Shown piece by piece: positions 29,329-39,194 of a stretch of 64,000 nucleotides of DNA (position 1 is the first letter of the stretch; every line of letters starts with the position of its first letter). A program made the translations under genes and the position numbers. This stretch comes from Candidatus Heimdallarchaeum aukensis (GTDB lineage Archaea; Asgardarchaeota; Heimdallarchaeia; Heimdallarchaeales; Heimdallarchaeaceae), in contig CP084166.1 of assembly GCA_021513695.1 (NCBI GenBank), positions 2,880,001-2,944,000 on the forward strand, in the 5' to 3' direction. Under the pieces are notes generated by a model, which was given only the letters and a program-made list of their open reading frames with translations, did no database searches and had not been told where the DNA came from.

Positions 29329-30635
29329 TTAAAAGAAAGTATTAGACTATTTTCTGATAGGAATAAAAGATTGATTGCAGCAAGTGCAATGGCTATTATG
29401 ATAAACAAGAGGGAAATAGAATAATCAGCAATATATCCAAATAAAGGGGCAATTGCTAAAACAATTATGGATTTCAATTGTGATTCTGCACTCAAGATTG
29501 TAGCTCGTTGTTCTTTTTTCATAATTGATCCTAAGTAATCAATAACAATTGGCCTTCTAGCGTTTGCAAAAACGTAAATGATTAAATAAAGAAAGACTAC
29601 TACTATTGGCAATTGTAACCAAATAAATGCTGCAGATAATACTAACACTATTGAAAAAGAGTAATAGATGATGTCCATTGTTTTTCTTGAACTTTTGAAC
29701 AAATTTTTTATTTTGAACGCATTTCTGGAAGATATTGAAGAAAGAAGATAAAAAGAAGAATAAAGAACACCTAAGATAATTCTTACCAGGTTCTCTTCTG
29801 AAATATCAATTGAAGATAGACCAAGATTAATGATCATTACAGCAATAAATACCTTAACTATTGGCTGGATATAGTCTTTAATTGATTTATAGACAGCATC
29901 GTAAGAGGAAGAAGAAATTATACCTCTTCGTAAATCCCTGTTCTTGAGAGAAATAAAGAGATCTCTGAAACCAGAAACAAACTCTGAAAAAATGCTCTTT
30001 CCTTCTTGAAGATTCTTTTTATTCATATAGGATGGATAAGTAGAGATCAGAATTAAATCTGCAAGGTAAGGAACTATTGCAAAAGGAAAGACATATCTAG
30101 GTTCTGGAGCAAAAACAACTAGAAAAATTGACAAAATTCCATTTAATGTTGAACCTATAAGAGACCATGAACGAGTAGTCCCATAAACAAAAGATTTGAA
30201 TTTAGAATAGTTATTTTCATCCATCCAGTACAAAATCATAGCTTTATGTGTTCCAGAGCGAAAAGCCTCTCCCATTCCAAATAATAATGGACCTATAGCA
30301 AGAAAAGCAAAAGAGTGAATAAGGTTACCTAAAGCAAAAAAGTAAACAATAAATGATGCAATATAAAACAAAAAGCATAACATTAACTCATTTTTTTTAC
30401 CAAACTTATCTGCAATAATTCCACTTGGAATCTCAAAAACATAAGTAATGATTTCTTGAATAAGAAGTAATAATCCTATCTGAAAAAGATTTAACCCCCA
30501 GGCAAGAAGAAGGAGTAAAATATAGGGTTCATAAAATTTTAAATTTTTGAAAAAACCGTAAAGGCGAAATTTAATCATAATTGGTTCTTTTAGTATTTGT
30601 TTCTGAATTATCCTTTCCTCATCTTTTTTGTTCAT
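29325..30635 (-). CDS. MFS-type transporter.
   Basis: About 12 TM segments. MFS motif A-like PSGIIADKFGKK is in the first cytoplasmic loop. Confidence 0.7.
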   Translation of the reverse strand: MNKKDEERIIQKQILKEPIMIKFRLYGFFKNLKFYEPYILLLLLAWGLNLFQIGLLLLIQEIITYVFEIPSGIIADKFGKKNELMLCFLFYIASFIVYFFALGNLIHSFAFLAIGPLLFGMGEAFRSGTHKAMILYWMDENNYSKFKSFVYGTTRSWSLIGSTLNGILSIFLVVFAPEPRYVFPFAIVPYLADLILISTYPSYMNKKNLQEGKSIFSEFVSGFRDLFISLKNRDLRRGIISSSSYDAVYKSIKDYIQPIVKVFIAVMIINLGLSSIDISEENLVRIILGVLYSSFYLLSSISSRNAFKIKNLFKSSRKTMDIIYYSFSIVLVLSAAFIWLQLPIVVVFLYLIIYVFANARRPIVIDYLGSIMKKEQRATILSAESQLKSIIVLAIAPLFGYIADYSISLLFIIIAIALAAINLLFLSENSLILSFK

Positions 30636-31147
30636 TATGTCCCCTTCGAATGATTAGCGCAAATTAGTTTTTTAAAGATTCTTAGTTTTACAGATTAACT
30701 CTTGTTCCGTTTTTTCTTTATTGGATTAGTTTTTTTCACAAAATCTGCTTAAAAAAATGTTTTCTAATATTCACTATTTTTTTCTCTCTTTTTTAGTTCA
30801 AGCGTAATACCCATATAGATTTCAATTAACACGTGAATATTTTCTCAGTTTTTAAATTGAAATCTTTATAATGTTTCATGATGGAAAAGAAACAACGTTC
30901 TGAACAAGTAGTAAGACTAGTAAAATGCAGTGTAGATGGAGATGAATGGTTTGATATCTCTGAACTGCTAGCTCTCTGTGCGATAAATGAACACTATGCT
31001 TCAAAAGATTTAGATGCTGTTTTAGATAGATATAACAAAGGACACATTATACCAGTTGAATATGTATTATATAAAAAAGAATGAATCGGTTAGCTTTTCT
31101 TTTTGCATTTCCTAAAAAAATATAAACTATTTCACGCTTTTTATTTT

Positions 31148-32356
31148 ATGGAAATTCCAGAGATTTATGCTTTTATTGTAACAAATAATAGCGGAATACC
31201 TAAACTTTCAATAATTTTTGATGAAGAATTCAAAGTTGATGATGTACTTTTTTCAGGTTTTATTTCAGCTATAACTCAATTTCTCTCTGAAATCCTTTCT
31301 TCAAGAGAAATGCATACTCAATTTGCTCAAGCTGATTATGAAGGATTAATAACAGAAATTGGTGAAAATTATTATTGTCTTGTAGGAAATAATATTTTCT
31401 CTTTTCATTTCGACTTCTATTACCAATTATTTTCATTTATTGAAAAAGAAATATCAAGTGAAATTGTAGATGAAAACAAAATAAATCAAGTAAGATCATT
31501 ATTGATGAGCGCAGTTTATACCTATTCAAATCCTGAACTGGTTATTCCATTTAAGGTGGAAGAAAGTACTAAAGAAGAACTTTGGGTAAAAGAAGCTGAA
31601 ATTTTTTACAATAGCATTGATGGAAATTCAAATTTGAAAGAACTTTCCTCTAAAACAGGAATAAGTATTGACAATATTTTCGCATTTTTCATAATTCTTC
31701 AATGGTTAGATATTATTTCCTTTAAGATAGAGGTGCGAGACTATCTTATTTTAGAAAAATCTGTAGGTTTTCTGATTGATAATATAATTAAATCACAGAA
31801 CAGAATTACAAACGAGATCAGTGCTGAAAGTTATGAAATCTACAAAACTATAAATGGAAAGAAAACTGTTTCAGAGATTAAGAAACAATTTTCCACTTTA
31901 GATGTTAAATTAATCATAGAAGATATGTTAAGAATGAATATAGTAAAAACTGTTACAGAAACTAAAGCTTTAGGTCTGATAATTTCTGACTACTTTAACT
32001 TTCTTATTTCAGAAATGATGAATTACTTCAATGAAAAAGAAGTGAGAGCGATATGTAATAAAGCAACAGAAGAAAGTAAAGCCATTTTTCTCTTTCCTCT
32101 GGAAGAAATAGTTTCTCCTTCTGATTTTAATCACATTTTAGAATCATTGAAATCTGAGGGATATTCTTCAAATGAAATAGTGAAAATTTTTGTTGAACCA
32201 GTAAAGATAATTAATTCTACACTTCGACAGAGAAACAAAAATAAAAGTGTAAAAATTTTTGCTGCTGTATTCAACAAACTAATAGAAAAACATGGTTTCA
32301 CATTGGAAAGAATGGGTTTTCTTCATATTTTCTGCCCTGAAGAATATCTTTCTTAA
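31148..32356 (+). CDS. Protein with an N-terminal roadblock/LC7 (longin-like) domain, a central wHTH-like segment and a C-terminal alpha region.
   Basis: IYAFIVTNNSGIPKLSIIFDEE...LFSGFISAITQFLSEIL...GLITEIGENYYCLVG follows the roadblock beta-alpha-beta-beta pattern. It is paralogous to the C-terminal domain of the 34981 protein (shared LFSG[FA]I..IT..L.E). The ORF track starts 15 codons upstream at 31103. Confidence 0.5.
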   Translation: MEIPEIYAFIVTNNSGIPKLSIIFDEEFKVDDVLFSGFISAITQFLSEILSSREMHTQFAQADYEGLITEIGENYYCLVGNNIFSFHFDFYYQLFSFIEKEISSEIVDENKINQVRSLLMSAVYTYSNPELVIPFKVEESTKEELWVKEAEIFYNSIDGNSNLKELSSKTGISIDNIFAFFIILQWLDIISFKIEVRDYLILEKSVGFLIDNIIKSQNRITNEISAESYEIYKTINGKKTVSEIKKQFSTLDVKLIIEDMLRMNIVKTVTETKALGLIISDYFNFLISEMMNYFNEKEVRAICNKATEESKAIFLFPLEEIVSPSDFNHILESLKSEGYSSNEIVKIFVEPVKIINSTLRQRNKNKSVKIFAAVFNKLIEKHGFTLERMGFLHIFCPEEYLS

Positions 32357-32407
32357 AAGTTCATTTGAGAAACAATAATCTTTATTACTTCTTTTTCTTA
32401 TATCCAA

Positions 32408-33148
32408 TTGATATTAATGTCTGAACATGATGAGAATAAGAGCCATGAAATTGCCCCTGGAATTTATTGGGTAGGCTTTGCAGATAGAAATGCAGGATTT
32501 TCTAATAATCCTTACTTAATAATAGATAGTGACGGGACAGGAATTCTTATTGATCCTGGTTCAAGAGCCGATGAACATTTTAGCATTGTAAAAAGAAAAG
32601 TTGAGGAGTTAATACCTTTTGAAAAAATTAAATATATTATAGTCCATCATCAAGATCCTGACCTTTGTGCTTCTATCCCTCTCTTTGAAGAATTAATTGG
32701 TGTAGATAATGTTAAGATAATCACATCTCTAAGAACAAGTTTGTTTATTCCTTATTATGGAAGCAAAGCTGAGATCATCATTATTGAAGACGGAGATGAA
32801 TTTGAACTTCCTTCTGGACGAATTTTGAAATTCGTCACTACTCCTTACGTTCACTTTGCAGGTTCATTTGTAACCTTTGATACAAAAGAACAAGTTCTTT
32901 TCAGTAGTGATATATTTGCAGCCTTCAGTTTTGAATGGAAACTTTATGCTGATGATAATTATGTTCAAGCAGTAAAAGCTTTTACAGAACCATATATAGG
33001 TTGTAAAGAACCGGTAATTTCTGCTGCAAAAAAACTGGCTACTCTTCCAATTAAGATTATTGCTCCTCAACACGGATCTGTAATCAAGCAAGATATAGAG
33101 AAATACGTTAATGCATTATTTGAAATGCAATATGGAGCGTGGTTATAA
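32408..33148 (+). CDS. Metallo-beta-lactamase-fold protein of the ODP (flavodiiron N-terminal-like) type.
   Basis: IIVHHQDPDL (HxHxDH-type motif), later His/Asp ligands and APQHGSVI. It resembles the FprA N-terminal MBL domain. Confidence 0.6.
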   Translation: MILMSEHDENKSHEIAPGIYWVGFADRNAGFSNNPYLIIDSDGTGILIDPGSRADEHFSIVKRKVEELIPFEKIKYIIVHHQDPDLCASIPLFEELIGVDNVKIITSLRTSLFIPYYGSKAEIIIIEDGDEFELPSGRILKFVTTPYVHFAGSFVTFDTKEQVLFSSDIFAAFSFEWKLYADDNYVQAVKAFTEPYIGCKEPVISAAKKLATLPIKIIAPQHGSVIKQDIEKYVNALFEMQYGAWL

Positions 33149-33453
33149 TGGTTTCAAAGCAAGAAGCTATTCTCTTAATAATTGAAAGAGGTACAGGTGT
33201 AATAGGACCAGTGAAGATGATGTCTCTAGTTTCTGAAGCAGGAATAACTCTAGAAGACGGCAAAGTTGTCTCTCAAGATATAGATGAAAGTTTTAAAAAA
33301 CTTACAGAGAGATTTGCTTCGATTGCTCCAACTACTAGAATTACGTTGTTATCTTTAGCTAAAATGCATGGATTCAGCATTGAAGAAGATAAGGATAAAA
33401 AAGAAAGAAAAACATTTTTACGATTTAGAAACTGGAAACTTTTTAGACGTTAA
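33139..33453 (+). CDS. Small hypothetical protein.
   Basis: 104-aa ORF overlapping the upstream stop by 10 nt. No motif recognised. Confidence 0.35.
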   Translation: MVIMVSKQEAILLIIERGTGVIGPVKMMSLVSEAGITLEDGKVVSQDIDESFKKLTERFASIAPTTRITLLSLAKMHGFSIEEDKDKKERKTFLRFRNWKLFRR

Positions 33454-33574
33454 ATTATAATTTTATATTTTAAACAAATTTTTATCTACTTTAAAGTAAA
33501 ATTCAGTTTTTTCTTGCTTTATCTATTTTTGAGAAAAAACTTATAAGAAACAAAAATATTCTTCCTTACAACTT

Positions 33575-34894
33575 TTGAAAAAGGTTGAAACAATGCAACA
33601 AAAGTTCCAAAGAATCCAAGAACTCGATTTCTTAAGAGGAATTGCAATTTTAGTTATGCTAGTCTTTCACAGTTCTTACTACTGGGATTCAACGATGACT
33701 AGTACAGAGATGAATAATTGGTTGAACAACCCTTTGGCAATTTTTGCTTTATTTATAGGTAAATTTGCGGGTATCTTCGCTGTTATCTCTGGAGCAGCTA
33801 ATGCAATTAGTATCAGTGCAAGAGTAGAAAATAAAAAAAATAAGATAGGAGGAATAATCTATAGTTCTTTTGTTTCAGGTTTGTGGATAATATTTCTAGG
33901 AAGAATACACACATCCATGTTCAATCATACAATTAAAGGTGATCTAGTAACACCCTATCCTGATGGACCAGAACAGTATAGTTTAATTGTTGGGAGTATA
34001 CAAACGGGAGAGCTACAACTTCCATCAGAATTTATTTTAATTTTTAAGAATACAGCTCTATTTGTTATCGGAATGAGTGTAATGTGCTCTGGAGTTTTTC
34101 TTGCATTATTGTCAAGAAAGAATAATCACCAAAAATTAAAAAGAAATTTAATAATAATAGGATCAGTAGCAACAATAGTCATTTTGGTAACAGAACCTTT
34201 AAAAATATGGTTAAGGCCAATTTGGGTTAGTTATGCACTTAATCATCAATATGTCAAAGGTTTTTTGTTAGGTTTTTTAATAGGAGATACTTATCCTTTT
34301 TTCCCTTACGCAGGTTTTGCTTTCTATGGGATGATTTTTGGAATAGCTTATTATCACCAAATAGATAGAAGAAAAGTAGCTAAAATAGGAGGAACTGTAG
34401 GCGGAATTTATTTAATTTCAGGAATAATTCTGTTAATTATTTTAGGCCATCCTGATATTACAGAAGTTTTTCAGACCTTGTCAATACAATGGAATCTCTC
34501 ACAGATCGGGTCAATGATATTAATAATGACACTTGTGTATTGGATACACTTTAACACAAAAATGACAAAAGTTCAAAGAATTTTCCGTTCTAGATTTGTT
34601 CGTAGATTTGGGCTCCAAACATTAACTGTGTTTTTCTTAGAACCAATAGTAGGAACTTCAATTAAAGTATATATCTTGGATAAGATCTTTCCCGGGTGGT
34701 CAATTCATTTATCACTAGCATTCGTTTATGGAATATCACTAATATTTTTATGGTTCTTAATTTTAAGAGGATGGGAAGAAATTGATTTTATTGGCTCTTT
34801 AGAATGGATAACAGCGAAGGTAATAAGCTGGTTAACCTTTAGAGAACCTACAAGATTAAAGATTAAAGAAAATCTATATCTTGAAGCAAAATAA
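33575..34894 (+). CDS. Polytopic membrane protein of the DUF1624 / HGSNAT-like acyltransferase family.
   Basis: N-terminal ELDFLRGIAILVMLVFHS signature (D..RG.A...M...H) and more than 10 TM helices. Confidence 0.55.
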   Translation: MKKVETMQQKFQRIQELDFLRGIAILVMLVFHSSYYWDSTMTSTEMNNWLNNPLAIFALFIGKFAGIFAVISGAANAISISARVENKKNKIGGIIYSSFVSGLWIIFLGRIHTSMFNHTIKGDLVTPYPDGPEQYSLIVGSIQTGELQLPSEFILIFKNTALFVIGMSVMCSGVFLALLSRKNNHQKLKRNLIIIGSVATIVILVTEPLKIWLRPIWVSYALNHQYVKGFLLGFLIGDTYPFFPYAGFAFYGMIFGIAYYHQIDRRKVAKIGGTVGGIYLISGIILLIILGHPDITEVFQTLSIQWNLSQIGSMILIMTLVYWIHFNTKMTKVQRIFRSRFVRRFGLQTLTVFFLEPIVGTSIKVYILDKIFPGWSIHLSLAFVYGISLIFLWFLILRGWEEIDFIGSLEWITAKVISWLTFREPTRLKIKENLYLEAK

Positions 34895-34980
34895 ACCTAG
34901 TCTTACTTTCTAAGTTTCTTTAATTACTTTAAATTATTATTTACTTAAAATTTAATAATAACTGTTTTCTATAAGGAATC

Positions 34981-36060
34981 GTGATCAATTTAACATTTAG
35001 TACTTTAATAATGTTTATTTCTACAATACCAGAGTTTATTGCTTTGGTAATGTGTGCAATAAATTTTAGGAAAAAAAGGTATTTGCATTATCTATATATG
35101 TTTGCAACTTGGTTCTTCCTTTGGCTAGGGAACCTTCTATTAGCAATTGGATATTTAACTCTGAATCTGGTTGTTTACAAAGTAGGTTTACTTGTTACTA
35201 TACCTTTAACATTTTTTATAATGTTGCTAGTTGATTCTATCTCTAGAGAATCAATTGAACCCTTTAAATTATCCATTGTTATGATAGTTTCAACTTTAGC
35301 TTTTGCTTTTGGTCTTGAGAAAAATGTAGTAGCATTAAATGTTTCAAAGTTGGGTGAAGTTGGGCCTATCGTGGTTGGAAGGTTCAATTATGCGCTAGCT
35401 GCATCATTTTTAGTCTCTTCTGTGCTTTGGTTTTACTATTTCTTGGTTTTATATTTGAAATCTCCAAAAAATTTGAGAAAAATAGCTTCTATTAATCTAT
35501 TGGGAGCTATTATTGGTGGACCTCTTGCTGGATTAGTTTATGCATCTGGAATTGTATGGTATTTACCAGGGACTGACTATTTCTTAATAGCAATTGGTGC
35601 TTTATTAACTACTTATAGTTTTTCAAAAGAGCCAAAATTAGGTTATATCTTGCCTTTTAAAGTCTCAAGGCTTTTATTAATAGATATAGAATCTGGTTTA
35701 CCTTTATTTTCTCACACTTGGGATAATTCAGGATTAGTTGATAGTTACTTATTTTCTGGAGCAATTCATGGAATTACAAACATATTGAATGAGAGTCTTC
35801 ACAAAGGCCTAGTTAAAGAGATTAGGTTAGAAGAAGCTTCGTTAATTATCAAAGCTTCAGAAGAAAAGGACTATCCAGTTGCTTTTGTTCTGATTACAAA
35901 TAAAACAAGTGCGATATTATCTCAGTCGTTAGATCTTTTGGAAAAAAATATTACAAGAACTATTCCTAAGGAAAAAATAGAGGAAATAACGATTAATCAA
36001 TCATCAAATCTTGAAAGCTATATAGAGTCTGCCTTCCCTTACGTTGTATCCTATACTTGA
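34981..36060 (+). CDS. Multi-TM membrane protein with a C-terminal cytoplasmic roadblock/LC7 domain.
   Basis: Six or more TM helices, then RLLLIDIESGLPLFSHTW...LFSGAIHGITNILNESL...IRLEEASLIIKASEEKDYPVAFVLI (roadblock fold pattern). GTG start. Confidence 0.55.
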   Translation: MINLTFSTLIMFISTIPEFIALVMCAINFRKKRYLHYLYMFATWFFLWLGNLLLAIGYLTLNLVVYKVGLLVTIPLTFFIMLLVDSISRESIEPFKLSIVMIVSTLAFAFGLEKNVVALNVSKLGEVGPIVVGRFNYALAASFLVSSVLWFYYFLVLYLKSPKNLRKIASINLLGAIIGGPLAGLVYASGIVWYLPGTDYFLIAIGALLTTYSFSKEPKLGYILPFKVSRLLLIDIESGLPLFSHTWDNSGLVDSYLFSGAIHGITNILNESLHKGLVKEIRLEEASLIIKASEEKDYPVAFVLITNKTSAILSQSLDLLEKNITRTIPKEKIEEITINQSSNLESYIESAFPYVVSYT

Positions 36061-36131
36061 ATATCTACAAAGCAAAAAACTGCTTTTAAGATAAAAAAAG
36101 ATAGTAGAAATTCTTACAACATTTCTATTTT

Positions 36132-37268
36132 TTAAATTTCTGTAAAGGATTCAACAACTTGTTTATTTAATCTTTTCAATGCTTCTACTATAAGTTCTAC
36201 TGTATTTTCCATATCATCAACAGAAATAATACCATTGTGACTATGAATGTGTCTAGTTGGGACACAAATAGCAAGAGAAGGACAACCAATTCCCGCTAAA
36301 TGAATGACTCCAGCATCTGTTCCACCAGGTACAGTAGATAATTGATAGGGAATATTTAGTTCTTCAGCTAAATCAATCATGAAATTTCTAAATCTTGGGT
36401 TGGGGATCATTGATCTATCATAAATAAACAAACTTGGGCCTTTACCCATTTTTGCAGGAGCTTTATCTCCAATTCCAGGGACATCTCCAGAGATATCTAC
36501 ATCAATTGCTATAGCCAAGTCAGGTAAAATTTTTTCTGCAGCAGTTCGTGCTCCTCTTAACCCTACCTCTTCTTGTGTAGTTGAGCAACCGTAAACAGTG
36601 TTTGGATGTTTAATATTCTCTTCTTTAAGCCTTCTGATAATTTCAGCAGTTAAAACTGCTCCTACACGATCATCAAAAGCTTTTCCTACTACAAATTTCT
36701 TCATTTCAAATTTCTTTTCCTTACCTTCCCCGTCTTCTGATTCTATTAATCTAGGTCTTTCCCAAATTTCAAACTTAGCATCAGGCATAACAGGATCTCC
36801 TTCACGAATACCAAGTTCTTTTACTTCTTCCTTTGATGTGCATCCAACATCGATATACATTTTATCTTTTACAACTACTTTGTTTCTATCTTCTGGTGAA
36901 AGAACGTGAGGAGGTTTGGCAGTAATAATTCCTGGGATAAACTCTCCTTTATGAGTTCTAATAATTACTCTTTGACTGAGAAGAGTTTGATCCCACCATC
37001 CACCAAGTTGATGAAATTTAAGAAAGCCATCTTTGGTGATAGATTTGATCTGAAAACCTATTTCATCAATATGCCCAGCAATCATTATTTTAGGGCTATC
37101 CTCTGTTCCCTTTTTAGTGAAAATTAGAGAACCAGTTCTATCTTTATCGATGTGATCAGCAAATTTCTCGACATAATTACGCATCTTTTTTTGGACTTCC
37201 CATTCAAAACCTGAAGGACCAAAATCATTAGTTAACTCTTCTAATAGGTTGAGATTTATTTTAGACAT
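36132..37268 (-). CDS. M42 family aminopeptidase (TET/FrvX-like).
   Basis: FGPSGFEWEV...IMIAGHIDEIGF...GKAFDDRVG... is the typical M42 order with His/Asp metal ligands. Length is 378 aa. Confidence 0.8.
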   Translation of the reverse strand: MSKINLNLLEELTNDFGPSGFEWEVQKKMRNYVEKFADHIDKDRTGSLIFTKKGTEDSPKIMIAGHIDEIGFQIKSITKDGFLKFHQLGGWWDQTLLSQRVIIRTHKGEFIPGIITAKPPHVLSPEDRNKVVVKDKMYIDVGCTSKEEVKELGIREGDPVMPDAKFEIWERPRLIESEDGEGKEKKFEMKKFVVGKAFDDRVGAVLTAEIIRRLKEENIKHPNTVYGCSTTQEEVGLRGARTAAEKILPDLAIAIDVDISGDVPGIGDKAPAKMGKGPSLFIYDRSMIPNPRFRNFMIDLAEELNIPYQLSTVPGGTDAGVIHLAGIGCPSLAICVPTRHIHSHNGIISVDDMENTVELIVEALKRLNKQVVESFTEI

Positions 37269-37344
37269 AAATAAGAAAAAAAGTAAGCACTTTAATATTT
37301 TGTGCTTGTAAGCTCATTCTATTTTAAAACTTGAAGAGTGTAGT

Positions 37345-38544
37345 TTAATCCATTATGTTAAGTTTAAAGTTGTTTAGTATAAAGAAAAAAGGAAGTAATA
37401 AAGTAGCTCCTAACGTTGCAGAAAAGACAGTAGTATCAATGGTTACATTGTAAAAGTTTAGGAATAAACTGTAGATGAAGAAAGCTAAGTTTGTTAATGC
37501 AGAGATAAATGAAGTAAATGTAGCTCGAAGATCCGAACTCAGTTTTCTTTGTATCATTTGACTTATAATTGGTACACGTCCTCCTCTTGTAATCTGCAAG
37601 GCATAGATAGCTGTAAGAATTAATAGTGAATGTAGTTTCCAGATAACAAGGTAACTTATTGTTTCAATAACAAGAAAAGCATAAACTGCCAACAGTTCGA
37701 ACTCTTGTTTTACTTTTCCCATTATTGTAGAGCTCAGAGCAGCAATAAGATTCATTGTGGCGAAAATTAATCCAATTTCAAATGTACTAATGTTTAAGGC
37801 AAATAATTTTGGTTGATATGACCAGAATACTGCTCGTCCAAAGACAGATAGCGAGAATGTAGCAATGAAAATGGATATTAGGAACTTAGAATGGATGAAT
37901 AGTTTAATAGATTTAACAGTAGCTCCGTTAATACTTTCTGCTTTTTTCCTCTCTGGTTCATAAACGAAGAGAAACATAACAGCTTTAAATCCAAAGGAAA
38001 TGCTAATTATTAGCAAAGGAGTATATAGATTATGAAGGGCTATTAATCCTGAGATGGGTAAAGAAATCATTGCAGTTAAGAAACTAAGAGTGGTTGCTTT
38101 GCTGAGGATTTGCTTATATCGTTCAGTTTCATTTATCTCAATCAGACCATCATAGACCAAGCTAACATCCGAGCCTGAAATTACTGCACCTCCAACTCCA
38201 AATAGAGCTTCAGCAAGAGCATAAGCAGTAAAGGATCTTCCTATGAAATATAAGAAACAGGCAACAGTTAGGATAGAATAACCAGTTACTAATACCAGTT
38301 TTCTTTTGAACATATCAGAGAAAGCACCAGAAGGAATCTCAAATATCATTATACTTAATGCAAATATTCCTTGCAATAGTAGCATTTGAGCAAAAGATAG
38401 GTTTGCTAACTCCCAAACTTTTACTATTACAGGAATAACCATTGCAGTAATATCTAACTTAGAAAGGATAAAGAAAAGATTATTTCTTTTAATTAATTTT
38501 TCTTTTTCTTTACCTTTCAATTCATTTGTTGAGGAGCACATCAT
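37345..38544 (-). CDS. MFS-type transporter.
   Basis: 12 predicted TM segments. PSGAFSDMFKRK matches MFS motif A. Confidence 0.7.
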   Translation of the reverse strand: MMCSSTNELKGKEKEKLIKRNNLFFILSKLDITAMVIPVIVKVWELANLSFAQMLLLQGIFALSIMIFEIPSGAFSDMFKRKLVLVTGYSILTVACFLYFIGRSFTAYALAEALFGVGGAVISGSDVSLVYDGLIEINETERYKQILSKATTLSFLTAMISLPISGLIALHNLYTPLLIISISFGFKAVMFLFVYEPERKKAESINGATVKSIKLFIHSKFLISIFIATFSLSVFGRAVFWSYQPKLFALNISTFEIGLIFATMNLIAALSSTIMGKVKQEFELLAVYAFLVIETISYLVIWKLHSLLILTAIYALQITRGGRVPIISQMIQRKLSSDLRATFTSFISALTNLAFFIYSLFLNFYNVTIDTTVFSATLGATLLLPFFFILNNFKLNIMD

Positions 38545-39194
38545 TTTTTCACTTCCTTTAATATTTTTGCAACAAGTAGCGAAAGGTTGAAGATAGCGTA
38601 GGCTAACAATTTGGCTAAAAACAAGTCGAGAAATTTCTTATTCACCAGAAAGAATGGACGAAAAGCCAGAACAGAGTTAAGACCCTGGTGAAGAAGTAAA
38701 CTTCTACTTTTAATATGGTGTGAGGACGATAGCATACGCTACAAAAAACCAATTATCAAGCGTATGAGTTCGTCCATTCTTAAACATCTTAACTCTAAAG
38801 TTTAATTCTTCTGTATTGTATTTAAACGTTTTCAAAATAGTTTTTCAACTTACAGAAAAAAGTAGAAATCTATTTAGGAAAAAACTGTTTGATTATATTT
38901 ATATATTGTATGTCTAATAAATACTCGATAAAATGACTAGCTTCTTTAGAACAATCATTGATTATATAATAGGAAAAATAACACGGGTAGATAAAAATAA
39001 ACTTAAAGTAAAAATGGACATAAAGGAAAAAGAATCAAAGGTATTTCGAGGAATAAAAGGGACAAAAAGTAAAGCAGAAACAGTTGTCCAAATAATGAAC
39101 TCATTTAGAATATAGTGTATCTACATGAAACTTCGCCAAATCTTTTTACATAAAAAAATTAAAAAAGTAGATTTCTAGCTATTTTTGTGCAAAA

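Noticed and set aside
30878-31084. 68-aa ORF (MMEKKQRSEQVVRLVKCSVDGDEWFDISELL...)
   Set aside because: It sits in a promoter-like spacer and has no recognisable motif. It could be a genuine small protein, but the evidence is insufficient to call it.
38541-38735. 64-aa ORF on the minus strand whose stop overlaps the MFS transporter start (ATGA)
   Set aside because: It has no motifs and a hydrophobic low-complexity composition, and it sits in a GC-elevated region carrying a long-range inverted repeat. An RNA element or a spurious ORF is more likely, though a coupled leader peptide cannot be excluded.
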